A stretch of 64,000 bases of DNA from an uncultured Elusimicrobia bacterium (GTDB lineage Bacteria; Elusimicrobiota; Elusimicrobia; 2-01-FULL-59-12). The notes under the pieces were generated by a model. That model did no database searches. It was not told the origin of the DNA and worked only from the letters and a program-made list of their open reading frames with translations. Shown in pieces: positions 30,148 to 39,424 of the stretch; position 1 is the first letter of the stretch; every line of letters begins with the position of its first letter. The position numbers and the translations under genes were made by a program. The stretch is taken from contig OY969767.1 of assembly GCA_963702895.1 (NCBI GenBank), positions 1,024,001-1,088,000 on the forward strand, given 5' to 3'.

Positions 30148-30215
30148 TCACCTCCTTAGATTTTTACAACTATTGCGACGTGATTGAGTTTAGCACCCGA
30201 AACGAACAATGTCAA
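30148..30215 (-). promoter_or_regulatory. Sigma70 promoter and Shine-Dalgarno of pilA
   Basis: Minus strand TTGACA(30215-10)-17 nt-TAAACT(30192-87); SD AAGGAGGTGA (30157-48) 7 nt before ATG. Confidence 0.75.
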
Positions 30216-30285
30216 CAATAACCTCTAGAAATTAGGTCGATTTTACAAGCCGAATCCGTGTCACAAATCAGCGCATTCAGCATCC

Positions 30286-31509
30286 TTAGTGGGTGTCGAT
30301 GAGTGAGCTCATTTTGAAAATGGGCAAGAACATACAAATGACAATGGATCCGATGACCACGCCCATGACGCAGATGATCACCGGCTCAATGAGAGACGTC
30401 ATGGCCTTCACAGCGGTATCGACCTCCTGGTCATAAAAATCGGCGATCTTGGTGAGCATGCTTTCCAAATTGCCGGTTTCTTCGCCTACTGAAATCATCT
30501 GAATCACCATGGGAGGAAAGATCCCTGAGGCTTTTAAGGGATCGGCGATCTTCTCTCCTTCACGGATGGACTCGCGTGCTCTCATGATGGCCGCCTCAAC
30601 GACCCGATTGCCAGATGTTTTGGCAACCGTATCGAGGGCTTGCAGGATGGGCACCCCGGATTTGATCAGTGTGCCGAGGGTGCGGGTGAATTTGGAAACA
30701 GCCACTTTTTTGAGCAGATTCCCTATCGACGGCAATCGAATGAGCAGGCTGTCAATGGCATAGCATCCTTTTTCTGTTTTGTACCACTGCTTAATGCCGA
30801 GAAGGAACATCACCGGCAACATCAATAAACCGAGAAAATACTGTCTTAGAAAATTTGAGACGCTCAAGAGAAGCTGTGTGGGCAGGGGCAGCTCGCCGCC
30901 GAAACTCGCAAACACGCTTTTAAAGGTCGGAATAACGAAAATCAGGAGGAACAAGGTCACCGCGCCCGCCACACCGCTAATGACCAGGGGGTAGACCAAC
31001 GCGCCTTTGACTTTACCCTTGAGTTCTTCCGTCGCCTCGAGATACGAGGAAAGTCTTTCGAGAATAGCGTCCAAGACGCCACCGGTTTCCCCAGCGCGGA
31101 TCATCGAGACGTAGAGTTCCTCGAATGCTTTCGGGTGTTTTTTCATCGCGTCCGCAATGGTCACGCCGCTTTCAATATCACTCCGTATGCAGGAGATGAT
31201 GCGCCGGAAGACGAGACTTTGGATTTGCTCGATGAGGATATTGAGACCTTGTACGATGGGGACTCCTGCGGAGACGAGGGTGGCGAGTTGCCTGCTAAAA
31301 ATGACCAGATCCTTGCTCCCGACACCTCCCTTAAAGGGATTGATCTTGGCAAGGAAACTATCCCCCCCCGCTTTGACTTCGTTAAGCGATAAAACCGTGA
31401 GTTTCTGGCCGCGGAGCTTATCAGAAGCAAATCGCTGGGCAGGAGCATCCACGACGCCTTCAATGGTTTTGCCTGATACATTCTTGGCCATGTATTTAAA
31501 TTGTGGCAT
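30286..31509 (-). CDS. pilC: Type IV pilus inner-membrane platform protein (GspF family)
   Basis: FSRQLATLVSAGVPI, MIRAGETGGVLD, LVYP, FTRTLGTLIKSGVPIL, MISVGEETGNL, LIEP. Confidence 0.93.
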   Translation of the reverse strand: MPQFKYMAKNVSGKTIEGVVDAPAQRFASDKLRGQKLTVLSLNEVKAGGDSFLAKINPFKGGVGSKDLVIFSRQLATLVSAGVPIVQGLNILIEQIQSLVFRRIISCIRSDIESGVTIADAMKKHPKAFEELYVSMIRAGETGGVLDAILERLSSYLEATEELKGKVKGALVYPLVISGVAGAVTLFLLIFVIPTFKSVFASFGGELPLPTQLLLSVSNFLRQYFLGLLMLPVMFLLGIKQWYKTEKGCYAIDSLLIRLPSIGNLLKKVAVSKFTRTLGTLIKSGVPILQALDTVAKTSGNRVVEAAIMRARESIREGEKIADPLKASGIFPPMVIQMISVGEETGNLESMLTKIADFYDQEVDTAVKAMTSLIEPVIICVMGVVIGSIVICMFLPIFKMSSLIDTH

Positions 31510-31532
31510 GTCGATCTCCTCTGGTTCCCGAC

Positions 31533-32669
31533 TTAAGTGGCGCTAACGCCCCCGCGCTGCATCAGTCGCTTCAGGTCGTCAGGGTCCGTGGAGGCCGAGA
31601 GCACCTCCTGGTAACTCACATGGCGCCTGATGTACAAATCGAGCAGAGCCATATTCATGGTCTGCATTCCGTATTTTGCTCCCGTCTGCATGGCGATGCT
31701 GATCTGTTCAATCTTTTCTTCGCGAATAAGATTGCGGATGGCGGGCGTGGCGACAAGCACTTCGACGGCGAGGGCCCGCCCGATGCCGCCGAGACGCGGC
31801 AGCAATTGTTGGCTGAACACCGCTTGAATGACGAACGAAAGTTGGGCGCGCACCTGCGATTGCTGATGAGGAGGAAAGACATCAATAATCCGATTGATTG
31901 ATTGTGCCGCATCGGTGGTGTGTAAAGTGGCCAAGACCAAGTGGCCCGTTTCGGCGATGTTCACGGCGGCCTGGATGGTTTCCACATCGCGCATTTCACC
32001 TATGAGAATGATGTCCGGATCTTGCCGCAGGACATATTTGAGCGCCTGTCCAAAGGAGGTTGTGTCGGATCCGACTTCGCGCTGGTTAATAATCGATTTC
32101 TTATGCGTGTGCACAAACTCAATCGGGTCTTCGATTGTGACGATATGCCCCTGATGAATTCCATTCAGATGGTCAATCATCGAAGCGAGCGTCGTCGATT
32201 TCCCGCAACCCGTAGGGCCCGTGACGAGGATGAGGCCTTTGGGAATTTTGAGAATATCGTAGGAGACCGGAGGAAGCCCGAGCTCATCCATCGGCTGAAC
32301 GGTTTGAGGGATCGCCCGCAACGCAGCGCCCACGGCCCCTCGCTGACGGAAGACGTTCATGCGGACACGACCGATGTTTTTAATGCCAAAGGAGATATCG
32401 AGCTCGCTTGCGGACTCAAAACGCTGTTTCTGGGTGTCTGTCAAGAGTGAATAAACGAGACGCTGGCAGATCTCTCCCGTCAGTCTCGGGAACGCGGTTG
32501 AGATGATATGGCCGTCAACGCGCAGCATAGGAGGCGTTCCGACGGTGATATGGAGGTCAGAGGCCTTTTTCTCCATCATCAGACGGAGCAGCTCGGCCAT
32601 GTCCAAAACACTTTGCGAACTTGCCATTGAGGCGTTGCTCGAACCGGGCGGTGGAAATTCAGCGGGCAT
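31533..32669 (-). CDS. pilT: Type IV pilus retraction ATPase
   Basis: ASDLHITVG, GLILVTGPTGCGKSTT, TIEDPIE, LRQDPDIILIGEMRD, ETGHLVLATLHT, AIRNLIRE, GMQTM. Confidence 0.95.
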   Translation of the reverse strand: MPAEFPPPGSSNASMASSQSVLDMAELLRLMMEKKASDLHITVGTPPMLRVDGHIISTAFPRLTGEICQRLVYSLLTDTQKQRFESASELDISFGIKNIGRVRMNVFRQRGAVGAALRAIPQTVQPMDELGLPPVSYDILKIPKGLILVTGPTGCGKSTTLASMIDHLNGIHQGHIVTIEDPIEFVHTHKKSIINQREVGSDTTSFGQALKYVLRQDPDIILIGEMRDVETIQAAVNIAETGHLVLATLHTTDAAQSINRIIDVFPPHQQSQVRAQLSFVIQAVFSQQLLPRLGGIGRALAVEVLVATPAIRNLIREEKIEQISIAMQTGAKYGMQTMNMALLDLYIRRHVSYQEVLSASTDPDDLKRLMQRGGVSAT

Positions 32670-33612
32670 GGGTTGCGTTCTCCTGAAGTTTAGTCTTTTG
32701 GGCCTGAAGGGATGTTAGCGCGATCATATCCAAAATGTCTTCGGTCGAGCATCCGCGTGAAAGGTCATTGGCGGGCAGCGCGGTTCCCCAAAGGACAGGC
32801 CCCACCGCTCGGCAGCCTCCTAAACGCTGGACCAGTTTATAGGCGATATTGCCACAATTGAGGTCCGGCGCGATGAGGACATTGGCGCGTCCCGCCATGG
32901 GAGAGGTTCCTGCCGTCTTGAGCCTTGCCGAAAACAGGTCGAGCGCCGTGTCGGCTTGCCATTCCCCCTCCATCAGAAGCGAAGGCTCCTTCCCCCGGGC
33001 CAACCGAAGCGCCTCGCGCACCTTGTCAACTTGAGGATGGACCGCGCTTCCGTATGTTGAAAATGATAAAAATGCGATTCGGGGCTCTTCTCCCGTAAAA
33101 AACTGATAGGCATGAGCGGCACCAAGTCCGATTTGGGAAAGTTGCTTTGCGGATGGTTCCGGTGTTACAGCGCAGTCTGCGAAAAGGACCAATCTTCCAT
33201 CGCGGGCCTCGAGGAAGAAAAATCCGAATAGTGAGCTTGTCTTGGGCGCCAGTCCAACAATAGAAAAAACACTGCGGAGAGTATCAGCCGTGGTGCGTGT
33301 GGCACCACCGATCAAACCATCGGCTTCCTGTGCCTTGAGCATGAGGCAGCCCAAGATCAACGTGTCTTGGACGTGCTGTTCCGCTTCTGTACGTGTTACG
33401 TTCTTGAATTTGGGAAATGACCGGAGCGCCTCGACCCATCGGTCCTTCATCACAGGAGAAGAGGATCGCAGGAGGATTGGTTCAGCAATGTTTTGTTCGC
33501 GGGCGAGTCTCGATGCTTCTTGAACACGAGGATCATCCCCATCAGCCAGAATGATGCGTGCAGGAGCTCGAGAGGCCTCCCTCCTCATATCACTCAAAGA
33601 TAGCACACGCAT
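32659..33612 (-). CDS. pta: Phosphate acetyltransferase (short Pta)
   Basis: ILADGDDPRV, ADGLIGGA, FADCAV, IAFLSFSTYGS, EGEWQADTAL, PDLNCGNIAYKLVQR, NDLSRGCS. Confidence 0.88.
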   Translation of the reverse strand: MRVLSLSDMRREASRAPARIILADGDDPRVQEASRLAREQNIAEPILLRSSSPVMKDRWVEALRSFPKFKNVTRTEAEQHVQDTLILGCLMLKAQEADGLIGGATRTTADTLRSVFSIVGLAPKTSSLFGFFFLEARDGRLVLFADCAVTPEPSAKQLSQIGLGAAHAYQFFTGEEPRIAFLSFSTYGSAVHPQVDKVREALRLARGKEPSLLMEGEWQADTALDLFSARLKTAGTSPMAGRANVLIAPDLNCGNIAYKLVQRLGGCRAVGPVLWGTALPANDLSRGCSTEDILDMIALTSLQAQKTKLQENATHAR

Positions 33613-33644
33613 AATGGAGTTGTTAGCAGGAGATATTCAGCTTG

Positions 33645-35540
33645 TCAAGACAATTCAAATGAGCGAAGTTCATTCGAAATGACCGCTTGCCAGCGTTGCG
33701 GATCAGCTTCGTGATCGGCGATCTCGTAGGCTGTCTGATAGGCCTTACGGGACAGGGCGACCTGACCGGTTTGCTTATAAAGGCGAGCAAGATTTATCCA
33801 CGCGATCATGTAGTCTGGACGTTGGAGTAAGGCTTGCCTTAAACGTCGAATCGCAAGGGCCTGCTTTTGGCCTGACAAGAGAGCCGTCACCCCATAAGCG
33901 TTCAGCAGGCAGGGGAGTGGGTCGATTCGGATGGCTTCTTCCAGAAGGGTCCATTGCTCTGATAGTGAGGCCGGCGGCGATTGACGGATCGACCGAAATC
34001 TGGCGTATGCCTTGAGGAAGCGAGGGTCGACTCGCACCGTGTAGATCGTCGTGTGTTCTGGATGATTTTGGAAGACGGGTTCATAGGCGCTGGGGTTCTT
34101 CTGGATCCAGCGAGAGAAGTCTCTCCATCTTCGATTTGGATCATGTGCTGGGGCAGCTCGGACATGAAGGAATTGGATTGGGTGAACGAGGACATGCGTA
34201 ATCTTCGAGTCCAGGAGTTTTGCTCGAAAATCGTCCTGGTCATCGGCCTGAATGTAAGAAAGCGAATATCGGTTCGTGCGCAAGGACAAAGCGGCCCCAT
34301 TCGGGGCCAGAAAAAATGCATCCTTTGGACTCTGCGACCGAACCCACTCATAGGTCGCCGTGGGGAGTTTGTTGTCCCGCCTTCCACGCCCTGTTTCGTT
34401 GAGAGCGAAGAGCGTCTGTGATCCATACGCGCCCAGCAGAAGGACACCCGCAAGGACATAAACTACTCTTCGGGACTGCTCGTGAGCGATTGCCTCAACC
34501 GCATAAATCATGAGAAAGGCAATGAAGGGCAGGAGTGGCCAAAAATAATGCGGATGATTGGCCAGCCAAAAGGTATGAACCCCCATATGCAACAAGACAT
34601 AAAGCCCAACCGAGACCTGAAAGGCATGGTGTTCGGGGCGCTTTTGGATCCAGGCATGGAAGCCCCTGAAAAGTCCACCCAAAAGTCCCAAGCTCAGGCC
34701 CATGATCAAAAAATGTCCCCCGATCCCCGTGGGCTGGTAGGACACCCCTAAAACCAGCTCCATCGTCACCGTCTTCCATATAGCCCAACCGTTTTCCACA
34801 AGCGTCCAGGGGCCTTGAGCTAAAAAGGGCAGTGTTTCGTTGAAAAGTGTTTGATAGCCACTCAGAGCACCCGTCCGTGTGTAATTCCATATCAACATCC
34901 CAGACCAACACAGCGCACCGCCAAACAGACACCAAAAAGTTTTCCAATACTTTTGCCAGAGGCAAACGATCCCCAGAGCTAAGAACAGAAGCATGCCCTC
35001 GGGCCGCACCAACGCTGCTGCAGTTGTTGAGAGTAAAAGCGACCCAGGAGAGAGGCGGGGATCGCTCGTGATGCGCCGAAAGGAAATCAATACAACCAGC
35101 AAAAGAAACAAATAGCTTGCGTCCGATATCACCTGATTAGAAAAGACCAAGGTGGTGGGGTTCAAGGCAAAAAGTGCGATGACGACCATGATCGCTTTCG
35201 ATGACAAGTCGTCTTTCCAGAGCCGGTAAAGGCCCGCCAAGGACATCCAAGTCATGAGGAGAGGGACCGCCTTGAGCCACGTCCACGGCTCCTCCGTGAA
35301 CCCAACAAACGGGGCAAGCAGAAGAGGGAAACCCGGCAAGGGAAAATTAGCGGGAGGGTGCCAGGGAAGCTGGAGGTTGTTATAGGCGCCCATCAACAGT
35401 GATTTTGCCGCCAAGATATCTCGCGCATCATCGGCCCAGTAGCCCACAGGAAATCGCTCAAGGGTCATCAGGGAGAGGGCGCCGCTTAGAGCACAAGCAA
35501 CGAGCGTGAAGACTCTTGCGCTACGACCTTCGTAAGGCAT
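33645..35540 (-). CDS. Polytopic membrane protein, GT-C (ArnT/PMT-like) with C-terminal TPR
   Basis: Acidic DD motif in the first loop (WADDARDILAAKSL), PGFPLLLAP, LVRPEG, many TM segments, TPR-like AWINLARLY. Confidence 0.6.
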   Translation of the reverse strand: MPYEGRSARVFTLVACALSGALSLMTLERFPVGYWADDARDILAAKSLLMGAYNNLQLPWHPPANFPLPGFPLLLAPFVGFTEEPWTWLKAVPLLMTWMSLAGLYRLWKDDLSSKAIMVVIALFALNPTTLVFSNQVISDASYLFLLLVVLISFRRITSDPRLSPGSLLLSTTAAALVRPEGMLLFLALGIVCLWQKYWKTFWCLFGGALCWSGMLIWNYTRTGALSGYQTLFNETLPFLAQGPWTLVENGWAIWKTVTMELVLGVSYQPTGIGGHFLIMGLSLGLLGGLFRGFHAWIQKRPEHHAFQVSVGLYVLLHMGVHTFWLANHPHYFWPLLPFIAFLMIYAVEAIAHEQSRRVVYVLAGVLLLGAYGSQTLFALNETGRGRRDNKLPTATYEWVRSQSPKDAFFLAPNGAALSLRTNRYSLSYIQADDQDDFRAKLLDSKITHVLVHPIQFLHVRAAPAHDPNRRWRDFSRWIQKNPSAYEPVFQNHPEHTTIYTVRVDPRFLKAYARFRSIRQSPPASLSEQWTLLEEAIRIDPLPCLLNAYGVTALLSGQKQALAIRRLRQALLQRPDYMIAWINLARLYKQTGQVALSRKAYQTAYEIADHEADPQRWQAVISNELRSFELS

Positions 35541-36009
35541 ACTTCAGGAGGGCACTTTCAACGGACCGAGGGACCAGGCCATGGACCTTGCCGCCCAGGC
35601 GGGAGATTTCTCGAACGAGACTCGAAGAAAGGTAAGTGTAACGCTCATCGGGCATTAAAAAAACGGTCTCAAAATGAGCATATTGGCGCCGGTTCATAAG
35701 GGCCATTTGGAATTCGTATTCGAAATCAGAAATGGCCCGGAGGCCACGAATCACAGCAGAAGCCTTCTTTTTCTTGACGTAATCTGCCAGAAGACCGGAA
35801 AAGGAATCCACTTCGATAGAGGCATGCCCTTTGAGCGCGAGCTGGAGGTGCGAGAGCCTCTCTTCCAATGAGAAGAAGGGCGATTTATGAGGGTTTTTAC
35901 TGACCGCAACAATGATCCGATCAAAGAGGTGCTTGCCCCTATGGATGATATCGAGGTGACCGTTGGTGACGGGGTCAAAAGAGCCGGGATAGATTGCAAT
36001 ACGGGCCAT
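35521..36009 (-). CDS. coaD: Phosphopantetheine adenylyltransferase
   Basis: IYPGSFDPVTNGHLDII, IRGLRAISDFEYE, SSSLVREI. Confidence 0.97.
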   Translation of the reverse strand: MARIAIYPGSFDPVTNGHLDIIHRGKHLFDRIIVAVSKNPHKSPFFSLEERLSHLQLALKGHASIEVDSFSGLLADYVKKKKASAVIRGLRAISDFEYEFQMALMNRRQYAHFETVFLMPDERYTYLSSSLVREISRLGGKVHGLVPRSVESALLKYALRRS

Positions 36010-36079
36010 AAGCGAGATAGGCTCATTTTACTGTTTTCTTTGGGTTTCCCCTATCGGGAATTTCGATCAGCAGGCTGGG

Positions 36080-38194
36080 TTAAGCGGTCAGAGACCATTT
36101 TTGACCATAGCGATCTTCGGCTGCTTTTCGAAGCGGAAGGTGCTGGGTTTCCTTCAATTCTGGGTCCTGGTGAAGGATGGCCATCGCCGCTTGACGGGAT
36201 TGCTGAATAAGGGCGGCGTCCGTCAGGAGATTGCCCATTCGGAAATAGGGTTTCCCATGCTGCAGGGCGCCTAAAACCTCTCCGGGGCCGCGCAGGGCGA
36301 GGTCTTCTTCGCTGATGCGAAAGCCATCCGTGGTTTGCGTCATGATCTCGATGCGCTTCTTGGCCCCTTCGCTGCGCGTGTCCGCAACCAAGAGACATTG
36401 GGATGGCAACGGGCCGCGCCCCACCCGGCCTCGGAGTTGATGGAGCGTGGAAAGCCCGAAGCGCTCGGCGTGCTGAATCACGATCAGCGTGGCGTTGGGG
36501 ACATCAATGCCCACTTCGATAATCGAGGTTGCGATGAGCACTCGGATCTGGCCAGCTCGAAAACGTTCCATCATCGCGTCTTTCTCCCCCGACTTCATTT
36601 GACCATGAATGAGGCCGACCTGGAGGCCGCTCAAGACCGTCGTTTTGAGCAACATCGCTTCCTGGATCGCGGCCTTGAGTTCAATTTTGTCTGATTCAGA
36701 CACGAGCGGATAAACCAGATAGACCTGTCGACCCAATTCAACCGCCTCGCGTACGGCCCGCAGGGCCACTTCTTCTGGAACATGCGAAGTCTGAACGGGA
36801 GACCGCCCTGGAGGCAGAGCGTCCAAGGTCGACACATCCAGATCGCCGTAAAGGGTCATGGCTAAGGTTCGCGGGATGGGCGTGGCGGTCATGACGAGGA
36901 TATCCGGGGCGGGGCCCTTCTCTCGTAAGAGGCTCCGATGTTCAACCCCGAAGCGATGCTGTTCATCAATGATGGCAAGCATCAAACGATGAAAGCGGAC
37001 CTGCTTTTCGAGGAGCGCGTGGGTCCCCAGAACAAGATCAACCTGTCCGCGTTCGATATTCTGGAGCAAACGCTTTCTCTGAGAGCTTGTGCTGCTGCCC
37101 GTCAAGACTGCCACGCGAACAGGCAAACCTTCGAGAAACTTCGAAAAGCTAAGGGCATGCTGTTCCGCAAGGATCTCGGTGGGGGCCATCAGGACCGCTT
37201 GGCCGCCGTTTTCAACCGCAAGGAGCATGGCGGAGAGCGCAACGAGTGTTTTTCCGCTGCCGACATCGCCCTGAAGGAGGCGGTTCATCGGTTCTGGTTT
37301 CATCAAATCGTCGAAGATTTCGCGTATCACTTTCTTTTGAGAGCCTGTGAATTCAAAGCGAAGTTTCTCTCGGAAAGGGGTCAACAAGTGGCGCCGAAGC
37401 GCATAGGCATGGGCTTTGCTTTGTTTTTTCACCACCAGGCGGAGTTTGGCAAGCGCAGTTTCGAGCTCTAAGAATTCCTCAAAAGCCAGGGCTTGCCTCG
37501 CCTCCTCTTTCTCCATCCATGTCTGGGGAAAATGGATGTGGCGTAGAGCCCATGCCAAGTCCCTGATCTTCTTTTGAGTGCGGATCTGCTCCGGAACCAC
37601 ATCGGCCAGTGCAAGAGGGCCTGCGGTGAGGGTCCTCCCGATCAGAGAACGAAGCAGTCGTTCACGGAGGCCCTCCGGAACCGTATACAGTGGGACAATC
37701 CGTTCAAAATGGAATTGATCATCCCCTCCCAAAGGGGCCTTCTCATCCTCGAGAAAAGCGACATCTTCGACCCGGACCTGTTTTCCCTCGGGGCCCCATT
37801 CCATCGAGCCGAACACAATCACCCCTTGGTCTTTCACGAGGTGACTCCTTAAGGAAGCAAAAACATCGTAACGAGGGTTTAATTTCTTGAACCAGGCCGC
37901 CTGAAGACGGCCGGTGTGATCTTCGAGCCAGGCGGTCGCGATGCCCAAGCGTGAGCGCGTTTCCGAAAAGTCAGCCTCTCGAAGGCGCGCACGCAGGGTC
38001 ACCTTTTCTCCCATCGGGGCGTCTCGGAGGGAGTAACGGAGTCGTCGGTCCTCCCAGTCTCGAGGGTAATAAAAAAGAAGATCATGCTTTGTGAGGATCC
38101 CCATCTTGGCGAGCAGGGCCGCTCGAACCGGGCCCACACCTTTTAAATATTGGAGCGTACCCGACGACTTGCTTTGTGACGATGAATCTGTCAC
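36080..38194 (-). CDS. recG: ATP-dependent DNA helicase RecG
   Basis: [70 protein letters not shown]; start placed at GTG 38194 with AGGA 8 nt upstream. Confidence 0.95.
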   Translation of the reverse strand: MTDSSSQSKSSGTLQYLKGVGPVRAALLAKMGILTKHDLLFYYPRDWEDRRLRYSLRDAPMGEKVTLRARLREADFSETRSRLGIATAWLEDHTGRLQAAWFKKLNPRYDVFASLRSHLVKDQGVIVFGSMEWGPEGKQVRVEDVAFLEDEKAPLGGDDQFHFERIVPLYTVPEGLRERLLRSLIGRTLTAGPLALADVVPEQIRTQKKIRDLAWALRHIHFPQTWMEKEEARQALAFEEFLELETALAKLRLVVKKQSKAHAYALRRHLLTPFREKLRFEFTGSQKKVIREIFDDLMKPEPMNRLLQGDVGSGKTLVALSAMLLAVENGGQAVLMAPTEILAEQHALSFSKFLEGLPVRVAVLTGSSTSSQRKRLLQNIERGQVDLVLGTHALLEKQVRFHRLMLAIIDEQHRFGVEHRSLLREKGPAPDILVMTATPIPRTLAMTLYGDLDVSTLDALPPGRSPVQTSHVPEEVALRAVREAVELGRQVYLVYPLVSESDKIELKAAIQEAMLLKTTVLSGLQVGLIHGQMKSGEKDAMMERFRAGQIRVLIATSIIEVGIDVPNATLIVIQHAERFGLSTLHQLRGRVGRGPLPSQCLLVADTRSEGAKKRIEIMTQTTDGFRISEEDLALRGPGEVLGALQHGKPYFRMGNLLTDAALIQQSRQAAMAILHQDPELKETQHLPLRKAAEDRYGQKWSLTA

Positions 38195-38206
38195 AATCGC
38201 CGTCCT

Positions 38207-38416
38207 ATGGCGCTCCGATGTGATCTCTGTGGCAAGGGTCCTGCGGCGGGTAAAACGGTCAGTCACTCTCATCGCACGACGAACCGACGTTTTCTGCCCA
38301 ATGTCCGAACTCTTCGTGTCCTGGTCGGCGGTCGACCCCAGCGGTTGAAGGCTTGCACACGATGTGTACGATCAGAAAAGATCACGAAACCCACCCTCCG
38401 GCTTGGTCCGTCTTAA
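38207..38416 (+). CDS. rpmB: 50S ribosomal protein L28
   Basis: [23 protein letters not shown]...ACTRCVRS. Confidence 0.93.
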   Translation: MALRCDLCGKGPAAGKTVSHSHRTTNRRFLPNVRTLRVLVGGRPQRLKACTRCVRSEKITKPTLRLGPS

Positions 38417-38428
38417 ATCGATCAAACG

Positions 38429-39217
38429 TCAGCTTTTGATTGGAAGGCTGATGCCTTTCGAAGGACTCGAAGCCGAGGCATAAGATTTTTTGAGCATGCG
38501 ACCCGCCAAGAAGGCCATTCGGCCGGCTTCGACCCCTAGCTTCATCGCGTAAGCCATCGTCACAGGATCATTCGCTTCGGCGACCGCGGTGTTCATGAGC
38601 ACACCTGCGACCCCCAGCTCCATCGCCAGAGCCGCATCCGAAGCGGTCCCCACACCGGCATCGACGATGATGGGCACTTTTGCTTGCTCGATAATAAACT
38701 GTACAGGGAGAGGATTCAAAATGCCCTGTCCGCTGCCGATGGGCGCTGCCAACGGCATAACAGCAGCAGCCCCTGCTTCTTCCAGGCGTTTGGCCACGAT
38801 CGGGTCATCGCTGGTATACGGCAACACGGTGAAGCCCTCTTTGACGAGCGTCCGTGTCGCGATGAGCGTCGCTTCGACATCAGGGAACAAGGTCTTCGCG
38901 TCCCCAATCACTTCAACTTTAATGAGATCGGTCTCCAAGGCCTCGCGCGCGAGTCGTGCTGTTCGAATGGCCTCTTCGGCGGTGTAGCACCCAGCTGTGT
39001 TCGGCAGGATGGGCAGTCCTTTCGGCAGATAACTCCAAAACGATTGGGAGGACTTATCATTCAAATCGACCCGCCGAATGGCCACCGTCACCATCGCGGG
39101 CCCAGCCGCCAGGAGCGCTTCCTTCATCACGCTTAGCGTCTTATACTTACCGGTGCCCAGAATGAGACGAGAAGGATAGGCTTTTCCGGCGATGAGAAAT
39201 GGCAAATCCGTTTGCAT
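38429..39217 (-). CDS. thiG: Thiazole synthase
   Basis: [56 protein letters not shown]. Confidence 0.96.
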   Translation of the reverse strand: MQTDLPFLIAGKAYPSRLILGTGKYKTLSVMKEALLAAGPAMVTVAIRRVDLNDKSSQSFWSYLPKGLPILPNTAGCYTAEEAIRTARLAREALETDLIKVEVIGDAKTLFPDVEATLIATRTLVKEGFTVLPYTSDDPIVAKRLEEAGAAAVMPLAAPIGSGQGILNPLPVQFIIEQAKVPIIVDAGVGTASDAALAMELGVAGVLMNTAVAEANDPVTMAYAMKLGVEAGRMAFLAGRMLKKSYASASSPSKGISLPIKS

Positions 39218-39417
39218 TAACCGCCTCCTATGGCGTGGATAATTTCTACGGTGTCCCCCTCCCGGAGGGGCGTGCTTGCGTAAAAAGCGCGCTTAATAAT
39301 TTTGAGATTCACTTCGCAGGCCACGCGCCCCGCGGGGATTTTCAGTTCATCCAGGAGTTGTTGCAGCGAGAGTGAGGGCTCGAATACTTTCGTCTCACCG
39401 TTGAGGGTAATGTTCAC
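39217..39417 (-). CDS. thiS: Sulfur carrier protein ThiS
   Basis: 66 aa; [17 protein letters not shown]-terminal GGG; directly upstream of thiG. Confidence 0.93.
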   Translation of the reverse strand: MNITLNGETKVFEPSLSLQQLLDELKIPAGRVACEVNLKIIKRAFYASTPLREGDTVEIIHAIGGG

Positions 39418-39424
39418 TCGCTAA

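Noticed and set aside
38195..38272. recG N-terminal extension from the ORF track
   Set aside because: Overlaps rpmB on the opposite strand; GTG 38194 has an SD
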